From: Paramoeba atlantica
Taxonomy: Eukaryota > Protista > Discosea
Direction: 5' to 3'
DNA: 20,020 bases
Assembly (NCBI GenBank): GCA_977017575.1
Contig: CDRNVI010000219.1
Span: 1 to 20,020 of the forward strand
Part shown: positions 1 through 9,378 of the stretch, piece by piece
How the letters are laid out: the number at the start of each line of letters is the position of its first letter
Numbering within the stretch: the first letter of the stretch is position 1
Translations under genes and position numbers: made by a program
Notes under the pieces: generated by a model
What the model saw: only the letters and a program-made list of their open reading frames with translations
Told to the model about the DNA's origin: nothing
Database searches by the model: none

Positions 1-1666
1 AAAAAGTACAATTTTATTTGTAACTTGTCTGGAAATGAACTTTTAAACATCAAAAACTAAATAACAATTGAGAAAAAATGAAAATAATACAAATATTGAA
101 TTATACATTGAAAAAAGTGATTGGGAAATAATCAAAAACAAAGGGAAATATGTTTTTTTTTTTGTAAATAAATCAAATAAATTGTAAAATTGAGTAAAAT
201 ATTCAATTTTATTTGTAACTTGTTTGGAAATGAACTTTTAAACATCAAAAACTGAATAACAATTTTCTAAAAATGAAAATAATACAAATAGACATTGAAA
301 AAAGTGGTTGGGAAATGATCAAAAATAAAGGGAAATATGTTTTTTTTTTTGTAAATAAGTCAAATAGATTGTAAAATTGTGTAAAAAGTACAATTTTATT
401 TGTAACTTGTCTGGAAATGAACTTTTAAACATCAAAAACTAAATAACAATTGAGAAAAAATGAAAATAATACAAATATTGAATTATACATTGAAAAAAGT
501 GATTGGGAAATAATCAAAAACAAAGGGAAATATGTTTTTTTTTTTGTAAATAAATCAAATAAATTGTAAAATTGAGTAAAATATTCAATTTTATTTGTAA
601 CTTGTTTGGAAATGAACTTTTAAACATCAAAAACTGAATAACAATTTTCTAAAAATGAAAATAATACAAATAGACATTGAAAAAAGTGGTTGGGAAATGA
701 TCAAAAATAAAGGGAAATATGTTTTTTTTTTTGTAAATAAGTCAAATAGATTGTAAAATTGTGTAAAAAGTACAATTTTATTTGTAACTTGTCTGGAAAT
801 GAACTTTTAAACATCAAAAACTAAATAACAATTGAGAAAAAATGAAAATAATACAAATATTGAATTATACATTGAAAAAAGTGATTGGGAAATAATCAAA
901 AACAAAGGGAAATATGTTTTTTTTTTTGTAAATAAATCAAATAAATTGTAAAATTGAGTAAAATATTCAATTTTATTTGTAACTTGTTTGGAAATGAACT
1001 TTTAAACATCAAAAACTGAATAACAATTTTCTAAAAATGAAAATAATACAAATAGACATTGAAAAAAGTGGTTGGGAAATGATCAAAAATAAAGGGAAAT
1101 ATGTTTTTTTTTTTGTAAATAAGTCAAATAGATTGTAAAATTGTGTAAAAAGTACAATTTTATTTGTAACTTGTCTGGAAATGAACTTTTAAACATCAAA
1201 AACTAAATAACAATTGAGAAAAAATGAAAATAATACAAATATTGAATTATACATTGAAAAAAGTGATTGGGAAATAATCAAAAACAAAGGGAAATATGTT
1301 TTTTTTTTTGTAAATAAATCAAATAAATTGTAAAATTGAGTAAAATATTCAATTTTATTTGTAACTTGTTTGGAAATGAACTTTTAAACATCAAAAACTG
1401 AATAACAATTTTCTAAAAATGAAAATAATACAAATAGACATTGAAAAAAGTGGTTGGGAAATGATCAAAAATAAAGGGAAATATGTTTTTTTTTTTGTAA
1501 ATAAGTCAAATAGATTGTAAAATTGTGTAAAAAGTACAATTTTATTTGTAACTTGTCTGGAAATGAACTTTTAAACATCAAAAACTAAATAACAATTGAG
1601 AAAAAATGAAAATAATACAAATATTGAATTATACATTGAAAAAAGTGATTGAGAAATAATCAAAAA
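1..1666. repeat. Tandem satellite array: 382-bp unit (dimer of 195-bp and 187-bp monomers), 4 full units plus a partial fifth; truncated by the left window edge
   Basis: aaaaagtacaatttt recurs at 1, 383, 765, 1147 and 1529 (period exactly 382). caattttatttgtaacttg recurs at 9 and 204 inside each unit. The monomers differ by an 8-bp indel plus substitutions (about 90% identical), while the 382-bp units look identical. Confidence 0.97.
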
Positions 1667-1702
1667 ATCAAAAAATCAAAAATCAAAAAAAAAAAAAAAA
1701 AA
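1661..1702 (+). repeat. Slippage repeats of caaaaa(a)t followed by an 18-nt poly-A at the end of the satellite
   Basis: The fifth unit breaks off at taatcaaaaa into caaaaaat caaaaaat caaaaat c, then A18 at 1685-1702. Confidence 0.8.
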
Positions 1703-1768
1703 GAAACAATCTTAAAAATCAATTTCTTTAAATTTAAATTTTTTACTTAAAAAAAAAATAATAAAATA

Positions 1769-2361
1769 AATTAGAAATAAGAATTCAAATTCACAGGCAA
1801 GGAATTTGAGATAATAAAGTGAAAAATCCAAAAAGGTTAACAACAAAGTACATTCAGATTTAAGAAGTATAAATTCAATTCAAAATTACTTTGAAAATAT
1901 CAGGAATTTTTAAAAACATCATTGAGATAGAGGGAAAAATCTAATCAAGCTTTGAGGAAACAAAACAAAAGAAAAAATCATTAAACATAAAAATAAATCC
2001 AGTTAGACAAATTCACAATTACAAATTCACAATCAAAAGTAACAGTTGAGAAATAAAAAAATCTGAAAATATAAATTTATAAATTCAAAATGAAATAGAA
2101 ATGAGTATTAAAACTACACAACCATCATTCAATCAATACAAATGATCACAAACATTCATTAAATCAAGAAAAAAAGCTTGATTAGGACTCAACTCAAAAT
2201 CAATAATAAAATAATCATCAAAATGCAGTTTGTAAGCATGAGGTGAACATCAACAAAGACCAATTGAAATAACAGAAGGAATTATGAAAATTTTCAAATA
2301 GAACCAACAATTATAATATCCAACACAAAAAAGAGATTGAAGAACATGAAGAGGCATTGAG
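1769..2361 (+). repeat. Dispersed repeat fragment (module R), direct copy of 11286-11876
   Basis: Colinear alignment from aattagaaataag to gaagaggcattgag against 11286-11876, roughly 85% identity by eye, differences mostly C/T and G/A. Confidence 0.93.
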
Positions 2362-3398
2362 TGTGAAGTGGCCAGGAGTTTGGAGAAGGAAAAAGTGGGT
2401 GGGTGAAGGAAAGAAAGAAAGGGAAGAAAGGGAAAAAAAAGAAAGAGAAAAGTCAAGAGCAAATTATGGGAAAGATTGGCAATGCATTGCAAAGGAAACC
2501 AATTAAGTAAGTTTATTCCTTTTACCAACAAACAAAAAAAGTATTCATATGAAACAACAAATATAATAAATGTAGAATTGACAAGAAGCAAAACAGAATG
2601 AAAGATAAAAACATACAAGAAAAAGAATGTGGCAGAGAAATTAAATCATAGATAAATGTTACAGAACATAGGATTAATTGATGTAAAGATAATATGAAAT
2701 AGATAAATAAAATGGTGTGAAAATATTAAGGGAACAACTTGAATTTAGAGTGAGAACTGGATGGGAAGAGCTCAGATGAGAGAGATAGAAATACATGCAG
2801 AATCAAAACAGTTTATATAATCTTACAAATGTTTATTAGGGATATTCACACAACAGGGAAGCACAGTAGTGTACAAAGAGAAACAAATTAATTTGCATAA
2901 CATAGAATTAGTTCACACCAGGATTCTGATACACTCTTCCAAATGAATATGTTTTACATAAATCAGAAGAAAGAATTTCACAACACATTAGAAATCAAGA
3001 ACAATTAAAGCAAAGCAGCAAAACAAATAGGATTTATATTTAACATAGCAAATCAAGATGAGACAAACAGACTCCATCATTAAACCAAATATTAAGCCAT
3101 TGAGGAAATCAGAATAAATCACAAAATCACAGAAACAAATATCAGTTGAATAGAATGGAAAAACATAAGGGATTGGTGCAGAAGCAATCAATAATCCAAA
3201 ACATATTACTTTGAAGCAAAAGAGGGATTAACATGAGAGCACAAAAGATAATCAGAGAACTTAAGGCATAGACATGAAGAACAAGACAAGAGAATTCAAT
3301 TCAAAAATTCAAAAATAATACAACCCAGGGAAGGAGAAGTCAATCCAACAAAAACAGCAGGAAATAGGAAGAAAGGAATTTGTGTTCACTATTGGAAA
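2362..3398 (+). pseudogene. Decayed A-rich coding-like sequence, probably TE-derived (LINE ORF1/gag-like); continues at 9384 beyond the copia insertion
   Basis: Strong purine skew on the + strand, broken Lys/Glu-rich frames and no CpG seen. One frame reads ICVHYWK|HRWC across the reconstructed copia empty site. No firm domain assignment. Confidence 0.4.
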
Positions 3399-3799
3399 TG
3401 TTACGAACCCTGTTCGGTTGTCTTCTATTCAATTTGATGCCATCCTGTCGCTCCGCTCCTCCGATTGATCACCGCTCTTTCTCTCTCTCTTTTCCCTTTC
3501 TCTGTTGTATTTTTCCCCTTGTATTATTTTCCCTTTTCCTATTTTTCCTGATGTTTATTTTATCCCTTCCTGATTTGATTTTGTCCTTGTTTCCTTCCAC
3601 AAAAACGCTGTTTTTGTGTTCCTTTTTATTCTTGTCACGATCACATCTCAACTGTCTTTTCACTGCCCTCACATTTCTCTCTCTTGAGCAAATGTTCACC
3701 TTGTTTGTTTCCTTGAATAAATCTACATTTTCGATTTGATCTTTGGTTTGGCTTTGCTTTTGTTTTGTCCGTCTCTCCTGAGATCCAGTCGATCTGACA
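3399..3799 (+). repeat. 5' LTR (401 bp)
   Basis: Starts TGTTACG, ends CTGACA. No differences seen versus 8978-9378. Very pyrimidine-rich on the + strand; AATAAA at 3716-3721. Confidence 0.97.
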
Positions 3800-3830
3800 G
3801 ATTAAGAGTCTAGGCTTGCCCCTGAGCCAC
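3800..3830 (+). promoter_or_regulatory. Primer-binding site complementary to the 5' half of tRNA-Lys(CUU)
   Basis: Reverse complement of 3800-3811 is AGACTCTTAATC, the anticodon arm of eukaryotic tRNA-Lys(CUU) as I recall it. Reverse complement of 3822-3830 is GTGGCTCAG, resembling tRNA positions 7-15. No TGG-type PBS follows the LTR. Confidence 0.75.
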
Positions 3831-3904
3831 TCTCGAGCGTGAAAAGAAACTTGTCTTGAACGCGACCTGTGTGTGAAGTTGTTCACATACGATAAGCTTT
3901 AATC

Positions 3905-6900
3905 ATGGCCGACGTACAATACCCAGCGAAAGAACCTTCCAGGAGCGATTTGAAATACTTGAAACCGATCGAGAACAAGTTCAGAGGTGACGATGACCCC
4001 ACTTACGAAACCTGGAAACATCAGATCAAAGGTAGGCTGATGCAAGCCCGAGTATTGTATCACATACAAATTGACGATGAGAATGATCTTGTTGCCCCTG
4101 CAAATGAGGAAGAACCAGCGAAGAAAACACGAGAACAAAGAATGATAAACCGAATTGTCATCGCTTCCTTCTTGACGGACTGTATCTCAGGACCACCTCT
4201 GAAATACATAACCCAAGATAGATACCTCTCTCGACCCCACTCGATTATAGCGGTGCTTGATAACCACTATTTGAAGGACACTGAGGGAGAGTTGGAAAGA
4301 ATTAAAAAGGAGATTAACGACTTCAGAAAGAGCGAAAGCGAAGATATTTCTGCAATGGTTATTCGCCTTTTGAACCTGAAAAACCGTTTTGAGAGAGCTG
4401 GTGGCGATATGGATGAGGATATGAAGTGCAACATCTTATTAAAAGCACTTGTATCGAGGAAATGGGACCAGACGACACTTGACATTAAGAAAAGATATAA
4501 GAAGAAAGAAATCAAGTATGAAGATATAATAGCAGAATACAAAATGACAGAGAACCACTTTAAGAATCGAGACGCAATTCGAGACCAAGACGCCAAGATA
4601 CAAAGAGCAAACGCAGCACACCAACAACAACAACAGAACCAGAACCAGAATCGAAGACAGCAACAACAACAACAACAAAGTCAGAACCAGTACCAGAACA
4701 GAGGATCAAGAAGAGACAAGTACGAGAAATTTAGAAACATAAGTGGATGGGAAGAACCCCCGAAAGGACCTCGAAATTGTTTCCACTGTGGAAAGCCTAA
4801 CCACCGGACATCTGATTGTTGTGATGGACAGAAGCCACGTACACAAGCTGGAAAAGACGCAGAGGCTGCTTTCGATAAGTACCTGAAAGAAAAAGGAGAA
4901 TGGAATTGCAAGATGCATAATAAAAACATCATGGTTCCCGTTTACTCTTTTCTCTCTTTCCCTCCATCCTTGAAAAATACTGCTCCTATTGAAACAGATG
5001 ATGAATTTCTTATTGACTCTGGTTGCTCGAACACTATTGTGACCTCTGAAGATAGAATAATGAATACTCGAAAACCTGACCCAATTGTTGCTATTTCGCA
5101 AGCGAACGGTGAATTAATCCCTGTTTCTCTTGTGGGTGATTTAGAATTGGAGAAAAGTCTTCCCCCTATTGAGAATGTTTCTGTTGCTCCCGAATGCTCT
5201 ACGAACCTGCTGTCCGTTTCACAAATGTGCAAATTGTGGAATGCTTCTGTTATTTTTGATAAAGACGGTGTATCTGTGACGAAGAAATCGATTGATCTGC
5301 CTCAAGCTGAAAAGATATTAAGTGGACCTCTCCAGAATGGACTGTATAATGTTACCCTTCCAAAGGTAGATGTACAAGAAGCTTATTGTACGAAACTTGT
5401 TGAAGAAGCTGATCCTGAAGAATATATCGGACCAAAAGTTGATAACCCTAAACGAGTGAGACACACACTTCGCCCACAACGTGAAAAAGAATTAAAATTA
5501 TGGCATGGACGAACTGGACATCAATCTGGACTTAGAAGAACCATTAAGGCCAGAGCGATCCACGGTTTGCCCGATAATTACCACAAATTAATTGCTGACC
5601 CGAATGATGTATGCGACGCCTGTGTGTTTGCCAAAAACAAGAAGCAACCCCATTACGCTGGTACGAGAACTTTTCGCCGCCGAGGTGAGATGCTTCACAT
5701 TGATCTCCATGAAAAATCGACACTCTCTTATCATCACAACCGATATTCTATCTCTATTATTGAAGATTACTCTGGTGCTGATCTCTCTCGCTTCATTAAG
5801 AAGAAATCTCGCGCTGGAAGAACCATCATTAATGTAATCCGAAAATTGGAGAGACAAGCTGATGTGAAGGTGAAGATTGTTCAATGTGATGGCGCTTCTG
5901 AATTTATTGGAAAGAATACTGATCTTGGAAGATTTTGTAGAAACAAAGGAATTGAAATTCGACGATCCAGTCCTGACTGTCCTGAGGAAAACGGTGTGGC
6001 TGAGAAAGGAAACGAAACTCGTTGGAATACTGCTCAAGCAATGAGGCTCGCTGCCCGTCTACCTCCTAAATTTTGGGAATTCGCTGAGAGGATGGCTAGT
6101 AAACTGATATCTCTGATGGTAAAAGAAGGACAAGAAATTACCCCTTTTGAGAAATTGTATGAGACAAAACCAAGCATGAATTTGATACGAACTTTTGGTT
6201 GTCACGCTTTTGCCCATATCCCTCGCGACCAACGTTCTAAAACTGACCCGAAATCCCGAGCTGCTATTAATCTGGGACCTGCTGAGAATATGAATGGATT
6301 TTTGCTTTACGACCCGATTGCCATGAAAACTTTTCAATGCTCTAATGTATTATTTGATGAATATGCGTTCGGCATTCCTGAGTTGAAAGAAAGAATTAAG
6401 AATAAGAAAATGCCAAGTTATTATGACCAGGCGAAATATGAAGATAATGAAGAAATTAGAAATTTACCGGTACGAACAAGAATGGATGACCTAAAGAACT
6501 GGGACGCTGGTTTGATGGATGATCCACCCTATGAACATGATGAAAAATATGAACGAGACGAATCTGATGACGAATTTGTGGAGACTGATAGTCCTGCTAG
6601 AAGAGCGCAACCTGTTGATGAACTGCCGAATACTTTTGATATTTCAAGAACTCTTACTGGACACTCCAATGTGCATTCAACTGATGAGACTGACGAAAAA
6701 GAAGACACTATTGATGATGATTATGATAGTGAAACAAACCCTTTGATGAAAATCGACCTTTTAGATGAATCAAAAGGACCTGAAACTGAATCGGAGGATG
6801 ATGTGGATAATGACCCTAAAGTTGATCTATTTTTACCCACCCCTTCAATGCAAGGAAGAACAACTTGCCCTCCCACCCCCAGAAAAAGACCCCTGAAGAA

Positions 6901-8944
6901 TATTTCTGGAACTACTACTCCTCAAACGAACCCCATGAGAAGTAAAACGAATACCCCCATGAAAATCGTGAATACTCCAAGACGAAAAATTGATTTTTCT
7001 CCTCCTTCTCCCAAGGAAGCCGAACTTCCTGCTACTGAAGAAACTACTGAACCTGAACATCCAACTAGCACACGACCTGGCAGAGGAGTGGAAAGATTTG
7101 ACTACAAGAAATTTCACACGAAAGGATTGAAGAACAAAGATAAGACTGAACAAGCGAAATTGGCCAAATTAGAAGGAGACCTACAATCCAACACCGAACA
7201 TACCTACCAATCTCATAAGAGGAAATGGAATGATGGAATGAAAGCTGATCTCGATGCCCTTGCGAACGAAAATACCTCGTTACCTCTCTTTCTTCAACAA
7301 GCTTTTGCTGCTGAGCAGGTTGTTTTTGACAAGATTACTCCCAAAACTTTTAAACAGATGAATAGAAGTAAAGAAAAAGGAGAATGGATAGCTGCCTGTC
7401 GACGTGAAATTGAAGCTCACAAAGAAAATAACACTTGGACCCTTGTTCCCAGACCGAAACCAAATCAAGACGGAAAGAAACATATTATTATGAGAAGTCT
7501 GTGGCGATTTAAAATCAAGACTGAGAATGGAGTGATAACCCGATTCAAAGCCCGCTTGTGCGCCGATGGAAGCTCTGTGAACCGAAAACTGAAAGCTGAC
7601 CCCAATATCGAATTTGAGGATAATTACTCTGGATCTGCAACCTCGACTTCTATGAACCTAACCTACGCCATTGCTGCTGCCTACGGACTTGAAGTGCATT
7701 CCGGTGATGTACCCAGTGCCTATGTACAATCAGAAATGCCAGAAGGAGATGTTGTCTATTATGTGGAACAACCTGAAGGTTTTGCTGACCCCACAAAGCC
7801 TGACCATGTTTGCAAACTGAACATGGCCCTCTATGGAGTCCCTGTTGCTGGACAAAGATGGAATTTGACCTTCCGTAAATTCCTGACTGAAGAACTAAAA
7901 TTTGTTTGCTGTGATTCTGACCCAAACCTCTACATTCGTCGTGAACAAGATGGAAATTTTTGTATTATGCCCACTGCTGTCGATGATACTCTCGATATAT
8001 GTACTTCACAAGAACTCCGTGAAGAGATACATGCGAAATTATACAAACGATTCAAATGGAAAAGCTCTGGAAGTTGCGATTGGTTTCTTGGCTGCTCTGT
8101 AAAACAAAACTTTAAGGAAATCTCAATTGACCAACGTGCATTCTTGGACAATTTGATCAAATCTTTTGAACGATTTAATCCTAAGCCTGCGAACAACCCT
8201 GCAATCTCAACCTTACTAAGCGAACCGGAAGAGGATGAACCCAAAACTGACTTCCCCTACTCCAGCCTTGTTGGTTCCCTCAATTGGCTGACGAAGACCC
8301 GACCTGATATCTCTTATGCCGTATCACAATGCTCTCGCTACCTCCACAACCATTGCCAAAGACATGATAAAGCTGCTTTAAGAATCCTCGGATATTTGAA
8401 GAAATTCCCAGATTACGGACTGAGTTTTCCGAAATTGGATGATAATGAAAGAAAGGATTTATTTTTTGACGCTTACTCGGACTCAAGTTTTTCCGACTGC
8501 CCTGATGATTGTACCTCCTCTTATGGCTATGTGACGAGAATTAATGGAAGACCCATATCTTGGCGATCAAAGAAAGAACCCCAGATATACCTATCCAGTT
8601 GTGAAGCTGAATACCACGCGATGACCGAAACTACAAGAGAAATAACATTTATTGAAAATTTACTATGCGAACTCGAGTTACCCCACAACAAACCTGTGAT
8701 TCTGAATGTGGATTCTGAACCTGCAAGAGCGATTGCCACGATTCCTCGAGTGACCCAAAGAAACAAACATTTCAACCGAAAAGACCATTATGTTAGACAC
8801 AAAGTTGCTGATGAAACAGTTGAAATTAAACATGTACCCACTGCTGAAAACCTTGCTGACATTTTTACCAAACCCCTGACCCCTGCGAAACTTAATCCCT
8901 TGAGAGAAGATCTTATTTCCCAGTGTGCTGCTGGAGATCACTGA
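3905..8944 (+). CDS. Copia gag-pol polyprotein, 1679 aa (Gag with CCHC knuckle, aspartic protease, integrase, reverse transcriptase, RNase H)
   Basis: CFHCGKPNHRTSDC 4778-4819; protease IDSG 5012-5023; WHGRTGH 5501 and CDAC 5612; integrase Asp 5702, Asp 5888, Glu 6002 (PEENGVAE); RT KARLC, GDVPSAY (Asp 7706), AVDD 7976-7987, YSSLVGSL; RNase H YSDS 8474, SSCEAEY, NLADIFTKPL. Confidence 0.97.
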   Translation: MADVQYPAKEPSRSDLKYLKPIENKFRGDDDPTYETWKHQIKGRLMQARVLYHIQIDDENDLVAPANEEEPAKKTREQRMINRIVIASFLTDCISGPPLKYITQDRYLSRPHSIIAVLDNHYLKDTEGELERIKKEINDFRKSESEDISAMVIRLLNLKNRFERAGGDMDEDMKCNILLKALVSRKWDQTTLDIKKRYKKKEIKYEDIIAEYKMTENHFKNRDAIRDQDAKIQRANAAHQQQQQNQNQNRRQQQQQQQSQNQYQNRGSRRDKYEKFRNISGWEEPPKGPRNCFHCGKPNHRTSDCCDGQKPRTQAGKDAEAAFDKYLKEKGEWNCKMHNKNIMVPVYSFLSFPPSLKNTAPIETDDEFLIDSGCSNTIVTSEDRIMNTRKPDPIVAISQANGELIPVSLVGDLELEKSLPPIENVSVAPECSTNLLSVSQMCKLWNASVIFDKDGVSVTKKSIDLPQAEKILSGPLQNGLYNVTLPKVDVQEAYCTKLVEEADPEEYIGPKVDNPKRVRHTLRPQREKELKLWHGRTGHQSGLRRTIKARAIHGLPDNYHKLIADPNDVCDACVFAKNKKQPHYAGTRTFRRRGEMLHIDLHEKSTLSYHHNRYSISIIEDYSGADLSRFIKKKSRAGRTIINVIRKLERQADVKVKIVQCDGASEFIGKNTDLGRFCRNKGIEIRRSSPDCPEENGVAEKGNETRWNTAQAMRLAARLPPKFWEFAERMASKLISLMVKEGQEITPFEKLYETKPSMNLIRTFGCHAFAHIPRDQRSKTDPKSRAAINLGPAENMNGFLLYDPIAMKTFQCSNVLFDEYAFGIPELKERIKNKKMPSYYDQAKYEDNEEIRNLPVRTRMDDLKNWDAGLMDDPPYEHDEKYERDESDDEFVETDSPARRAQPVDELPNTFDISRTLTGHSNVHSTDETDEKEDTIDDDYDSETNPLMKIDLLDESKGPETESEDDVDNDPKVDLFLPTPSMQGRTTCPPTPRKRPLKNISGTTTPQTNPMRSKTNTPMKIVNTPRRKIDFSPPSPKEAELPATEETTEPEHPTSTRPGRGVERFDYKKFHTKGLKNKDKTEQAKLAKLEGDLQSNTEHTYQSHKRKWNDGMKADLDALANENTSLPLFLQQAFAAEQVVFDKITPKTFKQMNRSKEKGEWIAACRREIEAHKENNTWTLVPRPKPNQDGKKHIIMRSLWRFKIKTENGVITRFKARLCADGSSVNRKLKADPNIEFEDNYSGSATSTSMNLTYAIAAAYGLEVHSGDVPSAYVQSEMPEGDVVYYVEQPEGFADPTKPDHVCKLNMALYGVPVAGQRWNLTFRKFLTEELKFVCCDSDPNLYIRREQDGNFCIMPTAVDDTLDICTSQELREEIHAKLYKRFKWKSSGSCDWFLGCSVKQNFKEISIDQRAFLDNLIKSFERFNPKPANNPAISTLLSEPEEDEPKTDFPYSSLVGSLNWLTKTRPDISYAVSQCSRYLHNHCQRHDKAALRILGYLKKFPDYGLSFPKLDDNERKDLFFDAYSDSSFSDCPDDCTSSYGYVTRINGRPISWRSKKEPQIYLSSCEAEYHAMTETTREITFIENLLCELELPHNKPVILNVDSEPARAIATIPRVTQRNKHFNRKDHYVRHKVADETVEIKHVPTAENLADIFTKPLTPAKLNPLREDLISQCAAGDH

Positions 8945-8967
8945 TCAATTTGAGATGACTTCAAATT

Positions 8968-8977
8968 GGGAGAGGTG
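8968..8977 (+). promoter_or_regulatory. Polypurine tract (plus-strand primer)
   Basis: gggagaggtg immediately upstream of the 3' LTR. Confidence 0.85.
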
Positions 8978-9378
8978 TGTTACGAACCCTGTTCGGTTGT
9001 CTTCTATTCAATTTGATGCCATCCTGTCGCTCCGCTCCTCCGATTGATCACCGCTCTTTCTCTCTCTCTTTTCCCTTTCTCTGTTGTATTTTTCCCCTTG
9101 TATTATTTTCCCTTTTCCTATTTTTCCTGATGTTTATTTTATCCCTTCCTGATTTGATTTTGTCCTTGTTTCCTTCCACAAAAACGCTGTTTTTGTGTTC
9201 CTTTTTATTCTTGTCACGATCACATCTCAACTGTCTTTTCACTGCCCTCACATTTCTCTCTCTTGAGCAAATGTTCACCTTGTTTGTTTCCTTGAATAAA
9301 TCTACATTTTCGATTTGATCTTTGGTTTGGCTTTGCTTTTGTTTTGTCCGTCTCTCCTGAGATCCAGTCGATCTGACA
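8978..9378 (+). repeat. 3' LTR (401 bp)
   Basis: Same length and, by eye, same sequence as 3399-3799. AATAAA at 9295-9300. Followed by TSD GGAAA. Confidence 0.97.

Larger units (their letters stand above)
3399..9378 (+). mobile_element. Full-length Ty1/copia LTR retrotransposon (5980 bp), intact and recently inserted
   Basis: TG...CA-ended 401-bp LTRs at 3399-3799 and 8978-9378. 5-bp TSD GGAAA at 3394-3398 and 9379-9383. Single ORF with copia domain order gag-PR-IN-RT-RH. Polypurine tract abuts the 3' LTR. Confidence 0.98.

Noticed and set aside
1-1666. Regularly spaced repeats as a possible CRISPR array
   Set aside because: There are no unique spacers, units are 382 bp and fully repeated, no cas genes are present, and the context is eukaryotic.
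2462-2491. NYGKDWQCIA resembling a Myb/SANT helix
   Set aside because: Only 10 residues in a decayed low-complexity frame; the flanking Myb residues are absent.
3800-3811. Tf1-like self-priming as the explanation for the missing TGG PBS
   Set aside because: I found no complement of these bases within the LTR, while the tRNA-Lys anticodon-arm match is exact over 12 nt.
3380-3886. ORFs in and around the LTRs (119/113 aa plus strand; 76, 81 and 112 aa minus strand)
   Set aside because: By-products of pyrimidine-rich LTR sequence; low complexity with no recognisable domain.
4267-8941. Many antisense and alternate-frame ORFs overlapping gag-pol
   Set aside because: Expected shadow ORFs of a long coding frame; no motifs seen.
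8942-8953. Stop-codon readthrough into an env-like ORF
   Set aside because: The TGA context is not CARYYA and another in-frame TGA follows after two codons.
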